In this document: piece by piece, positions 9,907-18,925 of the stretch | Numbering within the stretch: position 1 is the stretch's first letter | Layout: each line of letters begins with the position of its first letter | IMG/VR virus record: IMGVR_UViG_3300025276_000022 | Strand: one strand, 5' to 3' | Length of the DNA stretch: 64,000 nt | From: a virus | The notes under the pieces: generated by a model | Seen by the model: only the letters and a program-made list of their open reading frames with translations | Told to the model about the DNA's origin: nothing | Databases searched by the model: none | Made by a program: the position numbers and the translations under genes

Positions 9907-10002
9907 TTTCTTTTATTGAAAATAAGTACCCTTTACTATTTACATGAGAGGTTTATTGTAGTATAATAGCCTCATTGAATTATATTTTATTATGGAGTTA
10001 AC

Positions 10003-10947
10003 ATGAGCAATGAGTTTTTGTGGGTAGAGAAGTATCGCCCAAAGAAAGTTTCAGAAACAATCCTTCCCTCTGAGTTAAAGCAGACCTTTCAAAACATTGT
10101 AGATGGTGGAGAAATCCCAAACATGATGTTTGCTGGTACTGCTGGTACTGGTAAGACAACTGTCGCTAAGGCAATCTGTGAAGAACTAGATCTAGATTAC
10201 ATCGTGATCAACGGTTCGGAAGAAGGTAATATCGAAACACTGCGCGGCAAGATCCGTCAGTTCGCATCATCGGTCTCTCTGTCCGGTGGTTATAAAGTAG
10301 TTATCCTAGATGAGGCTGACTATCTAAATCCCCAATCAACGCAACCTGCTCTCCGTGGGTTTATCGAAGAGTTCTCTAACAACTGTCGTTTTATTATGAC
10401 TTGTAACTTCGAGAACAAGATCATCGAACCTCTTCACTCAAGATGTTCTAAGTACGCCTTTAACTTTGATAAGAAGACCATGACCTCCCTATGTGGTGGA
10501 TTCATGACGAGACTTCAAGGGATCCTCGACGGAGAAGGTGTTGAATATGATAACAAGGTTGTTGCTAATCTCATCATGAGACATGCTCCTGATTGGAGAC
10601 GTGTGTTAAACGAATGCCAGAAAGGTTCTATATCTGGTACACTGAATGTTGTTAGTAACCTCAGCGTAGATCTCTCTGACACCTACACTCAGTTGTTCAC
10701 TGCACTTCGTGAGAAGAACTTTAAGAAGATGCGATCGTGGGTAGTAAACAATATTGATGTTGAACCAGCGACAATCTTCCGTGGGGTTTACGACAAGATG
10801 TATGAACACGTCTCGCCAAATAGTATTCCTCAGTTGGTATTAATCCTCGCAGACTACCAGTACAAGAATGCGTTTGTCGCAGACCATGAGTTAAATCTTG
10901 TTGCATGTATGACCGAGGTTATGGCCAACGTGGAGATCAAACCGTGA
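10003..10947 (+). CDS. gp44: Clamp loader large subunit
   Basis: LWVEKYRP, GTGKTT, ILDEAD, SRC. Confidence 0.97.
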   Translation: MSNEFLWVEKYRPKKVSETILPSELKQTFQNIVDGGEIPNMMFAGTAGTGKTTVAKAICEELDLDYIVINGSEEGNIETLRGKIRQFASSVSLSGGYKVVILDEADYLNPQSTQPALRGFIEEFSNNCRFIMTCNFENKIIEPLHSRCSKYAFNFDKKTMTSLCGGFMTRLQGILDGEGVEYDNKVVANLIMRHAPDWRRVLNECQKGSISGTLNVVSNLSVDLSDTYTQLFTALREKNFKKMRSWVVNNIDVEPATIFRGVYDKMYEHVSPNSIPQLVLILADYQYKNAFVADHELNLVACMTEVMANVEIKP

Positions 10948-11324
10948 GTCCTTTTGACTTCGTGAAAAGTATTAATGACACTAAGATTAATCTAATAGAT
11001 CAGGACAAAGGTAACGCCAAATACTATAATGGTTTTGTTATAAATAGATCTTTATCATATTTTCCAGATACCGTCATATTATCTAACGAAATGAATAGAT
11101 TGCACCATTTAGATGCCAAGATGCAATATGACTTTCTTATAAATATTGTAAGGAAAAAGAAGAGATTCTCTAAATGGGATAAACCTGAGCAAAGAGCGGA
11201 CATTGAATGTATCAAAGAATATTTTGGATACAGTGAACAAAAAGCAAAGCAAGTGATAGGGCTCTTAACAGAATCACAAATAAAAACCATAACTCAAAAG
11301 GTTACTAAAGGTGGAAGAGAATAA
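10944..11324 (+). CDS. gp62: Clamp loader small subunit
   Basis: GTG overlapping gp44 stop; SPFDFVKSIN...QYDFLIN..RKKKRFSKW. Confidence 0.92.
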   Translation: MSPFDFVKSINDTKINLIDQDKGNAKYYNGFVINRSLSYFPDTVILSNEMNRLHHLDAKMQYDFLINIVRKKKRFSKWDKPEQRADIECIKEYFGYSEQKAKQVIGLLTESQIKTITQKVTKGGRE

Positions 11325-11721
11325 TCTAGTTCAATGGAATTCGGACATGATGTTAGAAATCAGTCTGTCTGAACCTGACGACTTTTTAAAAGTCAGAGAA
11401 ACTCTAACGCGTATAGGTGTTGCCTCTCGTAGAGATAACACACTATACCAATCTTGTCATATCTTGCACAAACAGGGTAGGTACTTTATCGTCCACTTTA
11501 AAGAATTATTTTTATTGGACGGGAAGAAATCTAATCTAGAAACAACAGATATGGAAAGACGTAATACAATTGCCACCCTGCTTGCAGACTGGGGTTTAGT
11601 TGGAATAGTTAATAAAGAAGTCGCACGTGAATGTGCACCAATGAGACAGATCAAGATCATCTCGTTTAAAGATAAGTCTGAATGGACTCTGCAACCAAAA
11701 TACAACATTGGAAATAGTTAA
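11311..11721 (+). CDS. regA: Translational repressor RegA
   Basis: DFLKVRETLTRIG...LYQSCHILHKQGRYFIVHFKELF. Confidence 0.97.
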   Translation: MEENNLVQWNSDMMLEISLSEPDDFLKVRETLTRIGVASRRDNTLYQSCHILHKQGRYFIVHFKELFLLDGKKSNLETTDMERRNTIATLLADWGLVGIVNKEVARECAPMRQIKIISFKDKSEWTLQPKYNIGNS

Positions 11722-11734
11722 GAGAGATTAAATT

Positions 11735-12271
11735 ATGATAGGTTATGGAATATTTGAAGAACGTGATGATTTTATTAAGAACAAGAAACCGTTCTTTGGT
11801 AAGTTGCCGATAGACGTTCCTGCAACGTTTGATTGGAATATGTATATGGAACTGATGGATAGTCATCCAGAAGAATTATATGATCGTAATACAAAGAAGA
11901 TGCGGCTAGGATTGAATTCATTTCATTCTCGTCCATCAGCACCTCAGTTTGCTAAAGACATTGTTGCTGAGATGGAAGACTTTTTTACTCTACATGCAGG
12001 AAAGATTACTAATATTGCGTTTAGTGGGTTTGGTCGTGAGAGCGATAGTTACCCATGGCACAATGATTCTATGGACGTGTTCTTATGTCAGGCTATCTCG
12101 ACTATAGGTCTACGAGTGGAAGGTGTTAATAATGATGAGAAATTCGATTTTAAACCAGGCGACTATGTTTGGATTCCAAGAGGAACTCATCACCAGATCA
12201 TCCCTACAGACTCGCGAGTAACATTCTCGTTTGGTGTTGAAGGTGATCCAGATCCCTCGATGTATTTCTAG
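11735..12271 (+). CDS. JmjC/cupin-type 2OG oxygenase
   Basis: WHNDSMDV...Q, PGDYVWIPRGTHH, RVTFSF. Confidence 0.75.
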   Translation: MIGYGIFEERDDFIKNKKPFFGKLPIDVPATFDWNMYMELMDSHPEELYDRNTKKMRLGLNSFHSRPSAPQFAKDIVAEMEDFFTLHAGKITNIAFSGFGRESDSYPWHNDSMDVFLCQAISTIGLRVEGVNNDEKFDFKPGDYVWIPRGTHHQIIPTDSRVTFSFGVEGDPDPSMYF

Positions 12272-12325
12272 GATCTAAGTAGTAAAATAACTTTAAGTTA
12301 TTACTATTATTAAAGTTATAAGTTG

Positions 12326-12333
12326 TATAAATA
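12326..12333 (+). promoter_or_regulatory. Late promoter for hsp20
   Basis: TATAAATA followed by leader hairpin 12338-12362. Confidence 0.85.
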
Positions 12334-12398
12334 GTAGGGATGTGCCGAATCGTCGGGCATCCATTTTAAACTTGCTAACTAATTTAGGAGTTAACGAC

Positions 12399-12881
12399 AT
12401 GACATTAACAGCAAAAACTATATTTCCTCGTTCAGCATTCGTTGGTTTTGATACAATGATTGATGACATGGATCGTATTACACGGCACTCGAATGACACA
12501 TTCCCTCCGCACAATATTTTAAAGACGGGTGAGGATCAATACCTAATTGAGCTTGCAGTAGCTGGATTCAGCGAAGAAGAGCTTGAAATCGAAGTAAAGA
12601 ACCGAACACTGACCATTCGAGGTCGCCATAAAGATACAGGTAGAGAGTATATCCATAAGGGTATATCACAAAAAAGATTCGAACGACAATTTAGGCTGTC
12701 GGAGTATGTTGAAGTAATGGGAGCTGATTTCAGTCAAGGACTATTGGCCGTCATATTGGAAGTAGTGGTACCTGAAAGTCAGAAGCCTCGTCAAATAGCA
12801 ATTAACGGAACTCAAAAACTGAGTCCCCAAATTCTTAACGAGGAGAAAATTAATGTATCAGATAAAGGAATACATGGCTAG
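12399..12881 (+). CDS. hsp20: Small heat-shock protein (IbpA-like)
   Basis: VGFD, FPPHNI, IELAVAGF, YIHKGIS.KRFERQF; AGGAG RBS. Confidence 0.95.
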   Translation: MTLTAKTIFPRSAFVGFDTMIDDMDRITRHSNDTFPPHNILKTGEDQYLIELAVAGFSEEELEIEVKNRTLTIRGRHKDTGREYIHKGISQKRFERQFRLSEYVEVMGADFSQGLLAVILEVVVPESQKPRQIAINGTQKLSPQILNEEKINVSDKGIHG

Positions 12882-12975
12882 ACGCGATGCCTTCAACTTA
12901 GAAACGATGGGTTTCTTAGGTATCAACTTAGTATGTATCTGCACTGTGATTCTTTGCATATCATCTATAATGTAA
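12853..12975 (+). CDS. Small single-TM peptide (40 aa)
   Basis: AGGAG RBS; MYQIKEY...GFLGINLVCICTVILCISSIM. Confidence 0.55.
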   Translation: MYQIKEYMARRDAFNLETMGFLGINLVCICTVILCISSIM

Positions 12976-12981
12976 ATAACG

Positions 12982-13009
12982 AAAGGGAGACTTCAATCTC
13001 CCTTTTTTT
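12982..13009 (+). terminator. Rho-independent terminator
   Basis: AAAGGGAGA/TCTCCCTTT stem plus T-run. Confidence 0.85.
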
Positions 13010-13027
13010 ATGTCCCAAGGAAAGTTA

Positions 13028-13735
13028 ATGAATTACGACATTAATAAATTTGAAGAGTTCGGTTATGTTATAGTAACTGACTTTTTGTCGACTGTCGAAC
13101 ACCAACGTCTGAACGAAGAATGTGACACATATCGTAAGTACGCTGTTAGACTTTTTGATAATAGAAACGGTTGGATTATAAACTCTCCGAAAAATCCTTG
13201 TAAGTTGGACGGTGCGATGCAAAGAAGCTTGGTCTTCAGAGACTTGGGTTCTAATGATACGCTCAAGGAAGTTGCACGACAACTGCTAGATCAGAACGAC
13301 ATAGATACCTACATCTCTAAGTTTTTCCCTATGGTACCACTCGAAGGGTTTTCGGTGGGGTGGCACCAAGACAATCATTATATCAAGGCCGACCCTAGTC
13401 GTCTGATCAGTTGTGATGTATTTGTTAATGGTGCGGATAAGGAGAATGGTTGCCTACGTATTATACCTAACTCCCATACCGAAGAGTTTGACCATAACCA
13501 GAGATCACACCGTGTGTTTGACTGGATAGATATAGACGAAGAGTGTTCGACTATAGTAGACATAGAGTGTGACACTACATTCGCAGTTTTCTTTCACCCA
13601 AACCTAGTACATGGATGTTATAGAAATAGAAGTGATAGATATCGTTATAGTATTGCTTGGGAATATATTCATGAAGGATATGTTCCGAAAACACATAATG
13701 GCCATAATTCTCAGGATAGGTTACCCGTGATATGA
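13028..13735 (+). CDS. PhyH-family 2OG-Fe(II) dioxygenase
   Basis: FEEFGYVIV, WHQD, ENGCLRIIPNSH, LVHG...NRSDRYR. Confidence 0.9.
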   Translation: MNYDINKFEEFGYVIVTDFLSTVEHQRLNEECDTYRKYAVRLFDNRNGWIINSPKNPCKLDGAMQRSLVFRDLGSNDTLKEVARQLLDQNDIDTYISKFFPMVPLEGFSVGWHQDNHYIKADPSRLISCDVFVNGADKENGCLRIIPNSHTEEFDHNQRSHRVFDWIDIDEECSTIVDIECDTTFAVFFHPNLVHGCYRNRSDRYRYSIAWEYIHEGYVPKTHNGHNSQDRLPVI

Positions 13736-14532
13736 AAGCAATACAGATTGTAATAAAAGGTGACGAACGATCAGAAGAATATGCACATCTTTCTAGACGT
13801 TCTTTCCAACGTGCCATCGACGATGGTTACATCGACTCCATCGAAACCTTCGATGCGATCACCCCCCAATCAGAAGACTTCCAAGAACATGTAGATAAGT
13901 ACACGTGGGATAAGAGTCTGATGACTCTAGATACACTTTCCGGAAAGGGTAAGGATGATCATTCCCCTACAGAGAAAGCTGGGATGTGTTCTCACTGGGA
14001 ACTTATGCGTCAACAAGGAGAGTCAGACGAGAAGTTCTGGATCATGGAACACGACACTTGGTTGATAGAAGAACGTTATGAAGCGTTTAAACTTCTCTCG
14101 GAGTACTCTGAAAACACCCTCTATGCGAACATTGGACTATTCATGGGCATGTACTGCATGGACAAAGGGTTTGCTCACTGGAGTCAACACATGTTGACCA
14201 ACAACGATTTTCCTATAAACTGCGGCCCATACTGCGTTTTACAACGTCTTTTCAGAACATACACAACTGACTACCTTACTCGCCCAGAAATAAATTATTA
14301 CGGAATTCGCAATACCGCCTTGCATCCTTGGTCTGGATGTGATACAATAGGCGTAGGTCGTGACATTGGAGTTTACTTTAATTTATTTGACGAACATAAT
14401 ACTGGTATCCCAACACCAACAACTCAGTTGATTTCAAAACGTCTGAGTGTGACTCAAGACCACCATGGCTATAAAGATACGCATATACAAGAACCTTGGA
14501 CTAGACACAAATTCTTTAAGGTAATTGATTGA
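13732..14532 (+). CDS. GT25-like glycosyltransferase
   Basis: FDAITP, EKAGMCSHWELM...IMEHD resembles GT25 GC.LSH...LEDD. Confidence 0.65.
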   Translation: MKAIQIVIKGDERSEEYAHLSRRSFQRAIDDGYIDSIETFDAITPQSEDFQEHVDKYTWDKSLMTLDTLSGKGKDDHSPTEKAGMCSHWELMRQQGESDEKFWIMEHDTWLIEERYEAFKLLSEYSENTLYANIGLFMGMYCMDKGFAHWSQHMLTNNDFPINCGPYCVLQRLFRTYTTDYLTRPEINYYGIRNTALHPWSGCDTIGVGRDIGVYFNLFDEHNTGIPTPTTQLISKRLSVTQDHHGYKDTHIQEPWTRHKFFKVID

Positions 14533-14540
14533 TAAGGGGG

Positions 14541-14569
14541 TTGACAGACAGCGCTAAATAATGTATAAT
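14541..14569 (+). promoter_or_regulatory. sigma70 promoter for the modification cluster
   Basis: TTGACAGAC...N17-TATAAT. Confidence 0.85.
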
Positions 14570-14595
14570 GTATATTAAATCGTGAAAGGTCTTAT

Positions 14596-15744
14596 ATGAA
14601 TTATCAACCATACAATCTCCAAGATGTCTATGACGCGGCATCTCAGAAAAAATTTAAAGTAGTGTCTACGTTCGCTGGCGGTGGTGGTTCATCCACTGGA
14701 TACCGACTGGCAGGTGCTGACATTCTCGCAGTTAACGAGTTCGTCGAAGAAGCACGGGTCACCTATAAAGAGAACTATCCGGACACTCCAATTCTTCCCG
14801 ACGATATCAAACAACTATCTGGTAAAGATTTCCTAGAGCTCACTGGTCTCAAGAAAGGTGAACTGGATATTCTTGACGGATCTCCTCCTTGCTCTGCATT
14901 TTCTGTTGCAGGCAAACTCTCTCATTCATCTGATGGTAAACACTCTGATGGTTGGGGACAGACCAAGTCCTATAGTGACGGTAAGATTGTCGAGAACATC
15001 GAAGACTTGTTCTTTGAGTTCTTACGTGTAGCTAAAGAAATCTCCCCCAAGGTAATCATCGCAGAGAATGTTAAAGGTCTGACCATTGGTGAGGCAAAAG
15101 AATACTACAACCGCATCCTTAATGAATTCGAGAATATTGGATATGAGGTTGTCTCTGAGGTTATGGATTCTCGTTACTACGGTGTCTCTCAGACTCGTAC
15201 TCGTGTAATCTTCATTGCCGTAAGACAAGATGTTGCCGACGAGGTTGGGTTAAACTTCCTAACTATGAATCACTTGTTCCCTGCACCAAGCCGCACAGCG
15301 ATCCCTCTCAAGGATGTTCTGGTTGGTCTGGAGTATGATAACGAAGAAGTCGAGTACCTAACAGAGAAGTTCGAAAGAACTGCGTACTGGAAAGATACTG
15401 GATCTCTGATGCCAACCTTTCCTGATAAAGTTTTGACTGGGGGTGACTATCATCCGAAAGGTCACCACTTCAATCTCAAGAGAGTATCGCTCGAAGTCCC
15501 TGCCCCTACTCTTACTGCGATGGGTAGCGGAGATACTACTGCTGGTGCATTTCATTGGAGTGATCCAAGAAAGTTGACACTAGGTGAATTAAAGCGTATA
15601 ATGTCACTACCCGATGACTTTAAACTAACGGGCAAGTGGAACCAGAAGGCAGAACGTATTGGTCGTATGGTACCACCATTAATGATGAAACAGATTGCTG
15701 AGTCAGTCTATGATAACGTATTGAAGGTATATAATGAAAGATAG
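14596..15744 (+). CDS. C5-cytosine DNA methyltransferase homolog, predicted carboxymethyltransferase
   Basis: Motifs I FAGGGG, IV GSPPC, VI ENVKG, VIII QTRTR; motif X GRMVPP instead of GN(A/S)VPP. Confidence 0.92.
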   Translation: MNYQPYNLQDVYDAASQKKFKVVSTFAGGGGSSTGYRLAGADILAVNEFVEEARVTYKENYPDTPILPDDIKQLSGKDFLELTGLKKGELDILDGSPPCSAFSVAGKLSHSSDGKHSDGWGQTKSYSDGKIVENIEDLFFEFLRVAKEISPKVIIAENVKGLTIGEAKEYYNRILNEFENIGYEVVSEVMDSRYYGVSQTRTRVIFIAVRQDVADEVGLNFLTMNHLFPAPSRTAIPLKDVLVGLEYDNEEVEYLTEKFERTAYWKDTGSLMPTFPDKVLTGGDYHPKGHHFNLKRVSLEVPAPTLTAMGSGDTTAGAFHWSDPRKLTLGELKRIMSLPDDFKLTGKWNQKAERIGRMVPPLMMKQIAESVYDNVLKVYNER

Positions 15745-16453
15745 AGAAAGCACAACCCATAGAGATTTTACATTCGGTCACCGCGAAGAAGGTTTCGATA
15801 ATCATATCGATGCTTCGATTCGCCACTACTCCTCACTACACGATGACGTAGTAAACTTATCTCGTTACTTTGTAGAGAACGATACTAAGGTTGTAGACAT
15901 TGGATGTAGTACAGGTAAGACCATCGAAGCCATGGTCAAACAGAATCATGAAACTGCGCCCAATGCACATTACTGTGGTGTTGAGTATGCCGAAGTGTTT
16001 CAAGCAGAGATGACTGATCGAGAAAAGAGACTTAATGGTGAAGGTCATCATATCTGTTTTCAAAACAAGAACATCATCCACCACAACTTTTCAAACTGTT
16101 CTCTTGTAACTTCTATCTTCACGTTGCAGTTCATGCAACCGCTATGGAGAAAGAAGGTAATGCAAAACATCTATGATGGTCTTAACGAAGGCGGTGCGTT
16201 CATCTTTGCCGAGAAGACTTATTCAGAGAACTCACGTATCCAAGATATGATAACCTCTACGTTCTATGAGTACAAAGCAGAGCACTTCACCTATGAAGAT
16301 ATTATGGAGAAAGAGAAGACTCTCCGAACTATGTTGAAACCAATGACTTGGAACGAGCTTGTCGCTCTACTAACCTCAGTTGGTTTTGATTCGACAAAGA
16401 TTCAACCGTTCTGGATGAATCATTTGTTCGTCGGTGCTATTGCAATAAAGTAA
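15734..16453 (+). CDS. cmoA: CmoA-like carboxy-S-adenosylmethionine synthase
   Basis: Collinear with CmoA: FTF, DIGCSTG, FTLQF, IYDGLNEGGAFIFAEK, K...L, GF...F...A.K. Confidence 0.8.
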   Translation: MKDRESTTHRDFTFGHREEGFDNHIDASIRHYSSLHDDVVNLSRYFVENDTKVVDIGCSTGKTIEAMVKQNHETAPNAHYCGVEYAEVFQAEMTDREKRLNGEGHHICFQNKNIIHHNFSNCSLVTSIFTLQFMQPLWRKKVMQNIYDGLNEGGAFIFAEKTYSENSRIQDMITSTFYEYKAEHFTYEDIMEKEKTLRTMLKPMTWNELVALLTSVGFDSTKIQPFWMNHLFVGAIAIK

Positions 16454-16472
16454 ATTATTTAGCTATAAGCCC

Positions 16473-16501
16473 TTGACTTTTGTTTCGAAAAGAGGTATAA
16501 T
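16473..16501 (+). promoter_or_regulatory. Early-type sigma70 promoter cassette
   Basis: TTGACT-N17-TATAAT; CCTTGACTTTTGTTTCGAAA identical to 59022 copy; GAGAGAGA leader. Confidence 0.85.
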
Positions 16502-16539
16502 AGGTACTTAGTTAATCGAGTTGAGAGAGAAAATATATT

Positions 16540-18027
16540 ATGATTGCGACGAACTCTACCCACATACATAAAATTGTTTGCGAAGAACTTGTGTCTAAAT
16601 CTCATGAGGCGTACACCTACAAGTGGACTATCAAAGACCCTGATAGCAATAAAACCTATTTTTATGGTGGTCGCAGACATAACGAGTATCAGCCTAATGC
16701 GTATATGCATTCAAGTAAGAATGCTAAATTTCTTGACATTCTTAGTAAGAGTAAGGATGTAACATATGAGGTCACTTCTGTAGGTACTCATGAAGAGGCA
16801 GCGCTCGAAGAGGCTCGAATGTTAACAGACTCTAAAGCTAAGAGTTCAGAATATTGGTTTAACTCTACCAATGGTTTAGGTGGTAAAGGTGGTAAAGGTG
16901 TTGGTAAAACATTATTTTTAGACACTCTCACTAGTGAGATGAAACGTCTTATGAACGGTGAAGAAAACCTTAAACCAGACCAAGTCGGGCCTATGGGTAT
17001 CACCAAGGGCAACTACTCAAAAGCAGATTTAAGAGATATTGTTGTTATCCGACAACAATTCGTACAAACGCGTTCATACCAATTTAATTCCTCTCACGTA
17101 TCTACTTTGGCGGAAGGGTTTGATAAGAAATCTGACCCAAATGAATGGGAACCTATTGTCGTTCTTCTGGATGCTAAGGTAATAGATAACAAAGTAGTAT
17201 ATTGTGACAAAGGTGGCGTAGTTGTTATTTCAGGTAATCACCGTTCGCGTGGTTTAGTACGTTCTACTAATGGAGTATCTTTGAATGCCTATAACATTCC
17301 CCATAAGTCTTGGGAAAAATTAGACGACATAGACATGAGAACGTTATCTAATAGATTTAACCCAAACCCTGAAAAACCTGTACTCAAGCAAGACCCTGAA
17401 GCGGCCGCAGCATGGGTCTTGGGTTGGTGTGAAAATAGAGGTCTAACAAAGATTGCTGATGATGGAGTTACAAAGATACCTGATATTAAACACTCCCTCG
17501 TTAAAAAGGAACTTATCGAAGTTAATAACTACACTCAGGGCGATTTCAATAGTGTTATAAAAGAGTGCCAGAAAAAAATCGAGAAACAATTTATAGCTGA
17601 TGGAGATAATATGCTAGATTGGGCAGACGCGGCTATGTCTCTAGACCCTGTCTTAGCTGGTACCCTTGACCATTATAAAACGAGGTTAATAGACGAAGGG
17701 CAACATACCGATGTTTATAAGATTTCAGGTAAGGTTCTTAACTGGGGTAAACTCTCAGATAGGATTTATGATAAAAAACAATGCGAGATTAAGACCCATC
17801 ATAACTTATTGGTATTAGTGTACCATGCGACTAAGGAAGATATGAAGGAGTGTAAAAAGGGTCTATATAAAAAATGTAAAGTATTCTCAGATGATTTTAT
17901 TGCGGGTAAACCAGACCGTAAAATTGAGTATATGCATCTGCCTATCACCAAGTCATACCTTCAATATAAAAGCCCGTTGAAGCTTGACTATGATATTGTT
18001 TGCGATAAACTAGTAGAAGGTTTGTAA
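16540..18027 (+). CDS. GIY-YIG(Seg)-like N-terminus plus ParB/Srx-like domain protein
   Basis: AYTYKW...FYGG..H...YMHSS...E...FN; EPIVVL...VISGNHR. Confidence 0.55.
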   Translation: MIATNSTHIHKIVCEELVSKSHEAYTYKWTIKDPDSNKTYFYGGRRHNEYQPNAYMHSSKNAKFLDILSKSKDVTYEVTSVGTHEEAALEEARMLTDSKAKSSEYWFNSTNGLGGKGGKGVGKTLFLDTLTSEMKRLMNGEENLKPDQVGPMGITKGNYSKADLRDIVVIRQQFVQTRSYQFNSSHVSTLAEGFDKKSDPNEWEPIVVLLDAKVIDNKVVYCDKGGVVVISGNHRSRGLVRSTNGVSLNAYNIPHKSWEKLDDIDMRTLSNRFNPNPEKPVLKQDPEAAAAWVLGWCENRGLTKIADDGVTKIPDIKHSLVKKELIEVNNYTQGDFNSVIKECQKKIEKQFIADGDNMLDWADAAMSLDPVLAGTLDHYKTRLIDEGQHTDVYKISGKVLNWGKLSDRIYDKKQCEIKTHHNLLVLVYHATKEDMKECKKGLYKKCKVFSDDFIAGKPDRKIEYMHLPITKSYLQYKSPLKLDYDIVCDKLVEGL

Positions 18028-18894
18028 TTGATACGAGACTTACTTATCGACCACATAACAGGAAAGGTGCCGCACGATAAGGTTGCGGTACTTCTTTCTG
18101 GTGGTGTTGACAGTATCAGTGTGGCAATCGCTGCACAGGATGCTGGGAAGACTGTACACGCGTATAGTTTCCATCTCGAAGGACAACCATCTTATGACCA
18201 TGCGAAGGCAAAAGAAGTCGCAGAAATCATGGGGTGGGAGTTCACCACTATTATCGTCCCTACTGATAACCTAGTTGAAGACTGGCACCGACTAGTCAAA
18301 CATGGTTGTCGCAAGAAATCCCACTACGAAGCCGCAGTGTTTCCCTTCCTCTATTGTTATGAAAACATGTTAGAAGAATACTGTATTACTGGATGGGGTG
18401 CAGACGCCTACTTCGGTTGCAGTAAGAAAGCAATGATACGATACTCTTCTTTTAAAAAGAAGCGCAACTACGTCAAGTACTGTAAAGAGAACAACCAGAC
18501 GAGAGTTAACTGGAATGAGTTCCGTAATGCCTATCTAGACGGAGACTGTGCAGGACTACAGCAACACACCAATCTTGCAGAGAAGCATGGTAAGGTGCAT
18601 GTCACTCCATATCTAGACCCACGCGTACGCGAGTACTTTATGAAGTTTTCGTGGGAAGAACTCAACAAACCAAAACAAAAGAATATAATCCGTGAAGAAT
18701 TTAATATTGAAGATCTGTTTGGGAAAGTCAAGCCCCATATCAATCTTCAGTTGGGTAGTGGTATTGATACACTGTTCGAGACTCTTCTGGATAATCCGGA
18801 GGTAAACTATAAAAGAAGACAGCGAGTGATGGACATGTGCCGCGACTGGTACACCGATCATACTACTTCTAATCTTTCTGATTTCATGTCTTGA
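18028..18894 (+). CDS. Asparagine-synthetase-like ATP-dependent amide ligase lacking glutaminase domain
   Basis: LLSGGVDS PP-loop, TGWGADAYFG, PYLD, K.IIRE. Confidence 0.85.
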   Translation: MIRDLLIDHITGKVPHDKVAVLLSGGVDSISVAIAAQDAGKTVHAYSFHLEGQPSYDHAKAKEVAEIMGWEFTTIIVPTDNLVEDWHRLVKHGCRKKSHYEAAVFPFLYCYENMLEEYCITGWGADAYFGCSKKAMIRYSSFKKKRNYVKYCKENNQTRVNWNEFRNAYLDGDCAGLQQHTNLAEKHGKVHVTPYLDPRVREYFMKFSWEELNKPKQKNIIREEFNIEDLFGKVKPHINLQLGSGIDTLFETLLDNPEVNYKRRQRVMDMCRDWYTDHTTSNLSDFMS

Positions 18895-18919
18895 CAGACT
18901 CTCCTAATCAAGGTATAAT
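18891..18919 (+). promoter_or_regulatory. sigma70 promoter for gp43; -35 contains upstream stop
   Basis: TTGACAGAC...N17-TATAAT. Confidence 0.85.
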
Positions 18920-18925
18920 AGCCCC

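Noticed and set aside
1013-13735. 2OG oxygenases as TET/JBP DNA hydroxylases
   Set aside because: Motifs fit PhyH, JmjC/cupin and an unassigned family; no TET/JBP signature recognised.
14596-15744. Ordinary restriction-modification methylase
   Set aside because: Motif-X Arg and coupling to a CmoA-like gene fit carboxymethyl transfer better; no cognate REase is adjacent.
15734-16453. tRNA cmo5U modification role
   Set aside because: No CmoB-like partner in the window and the gene overlaps a DNA MTase; use by host CmoB is not strictly excluded.
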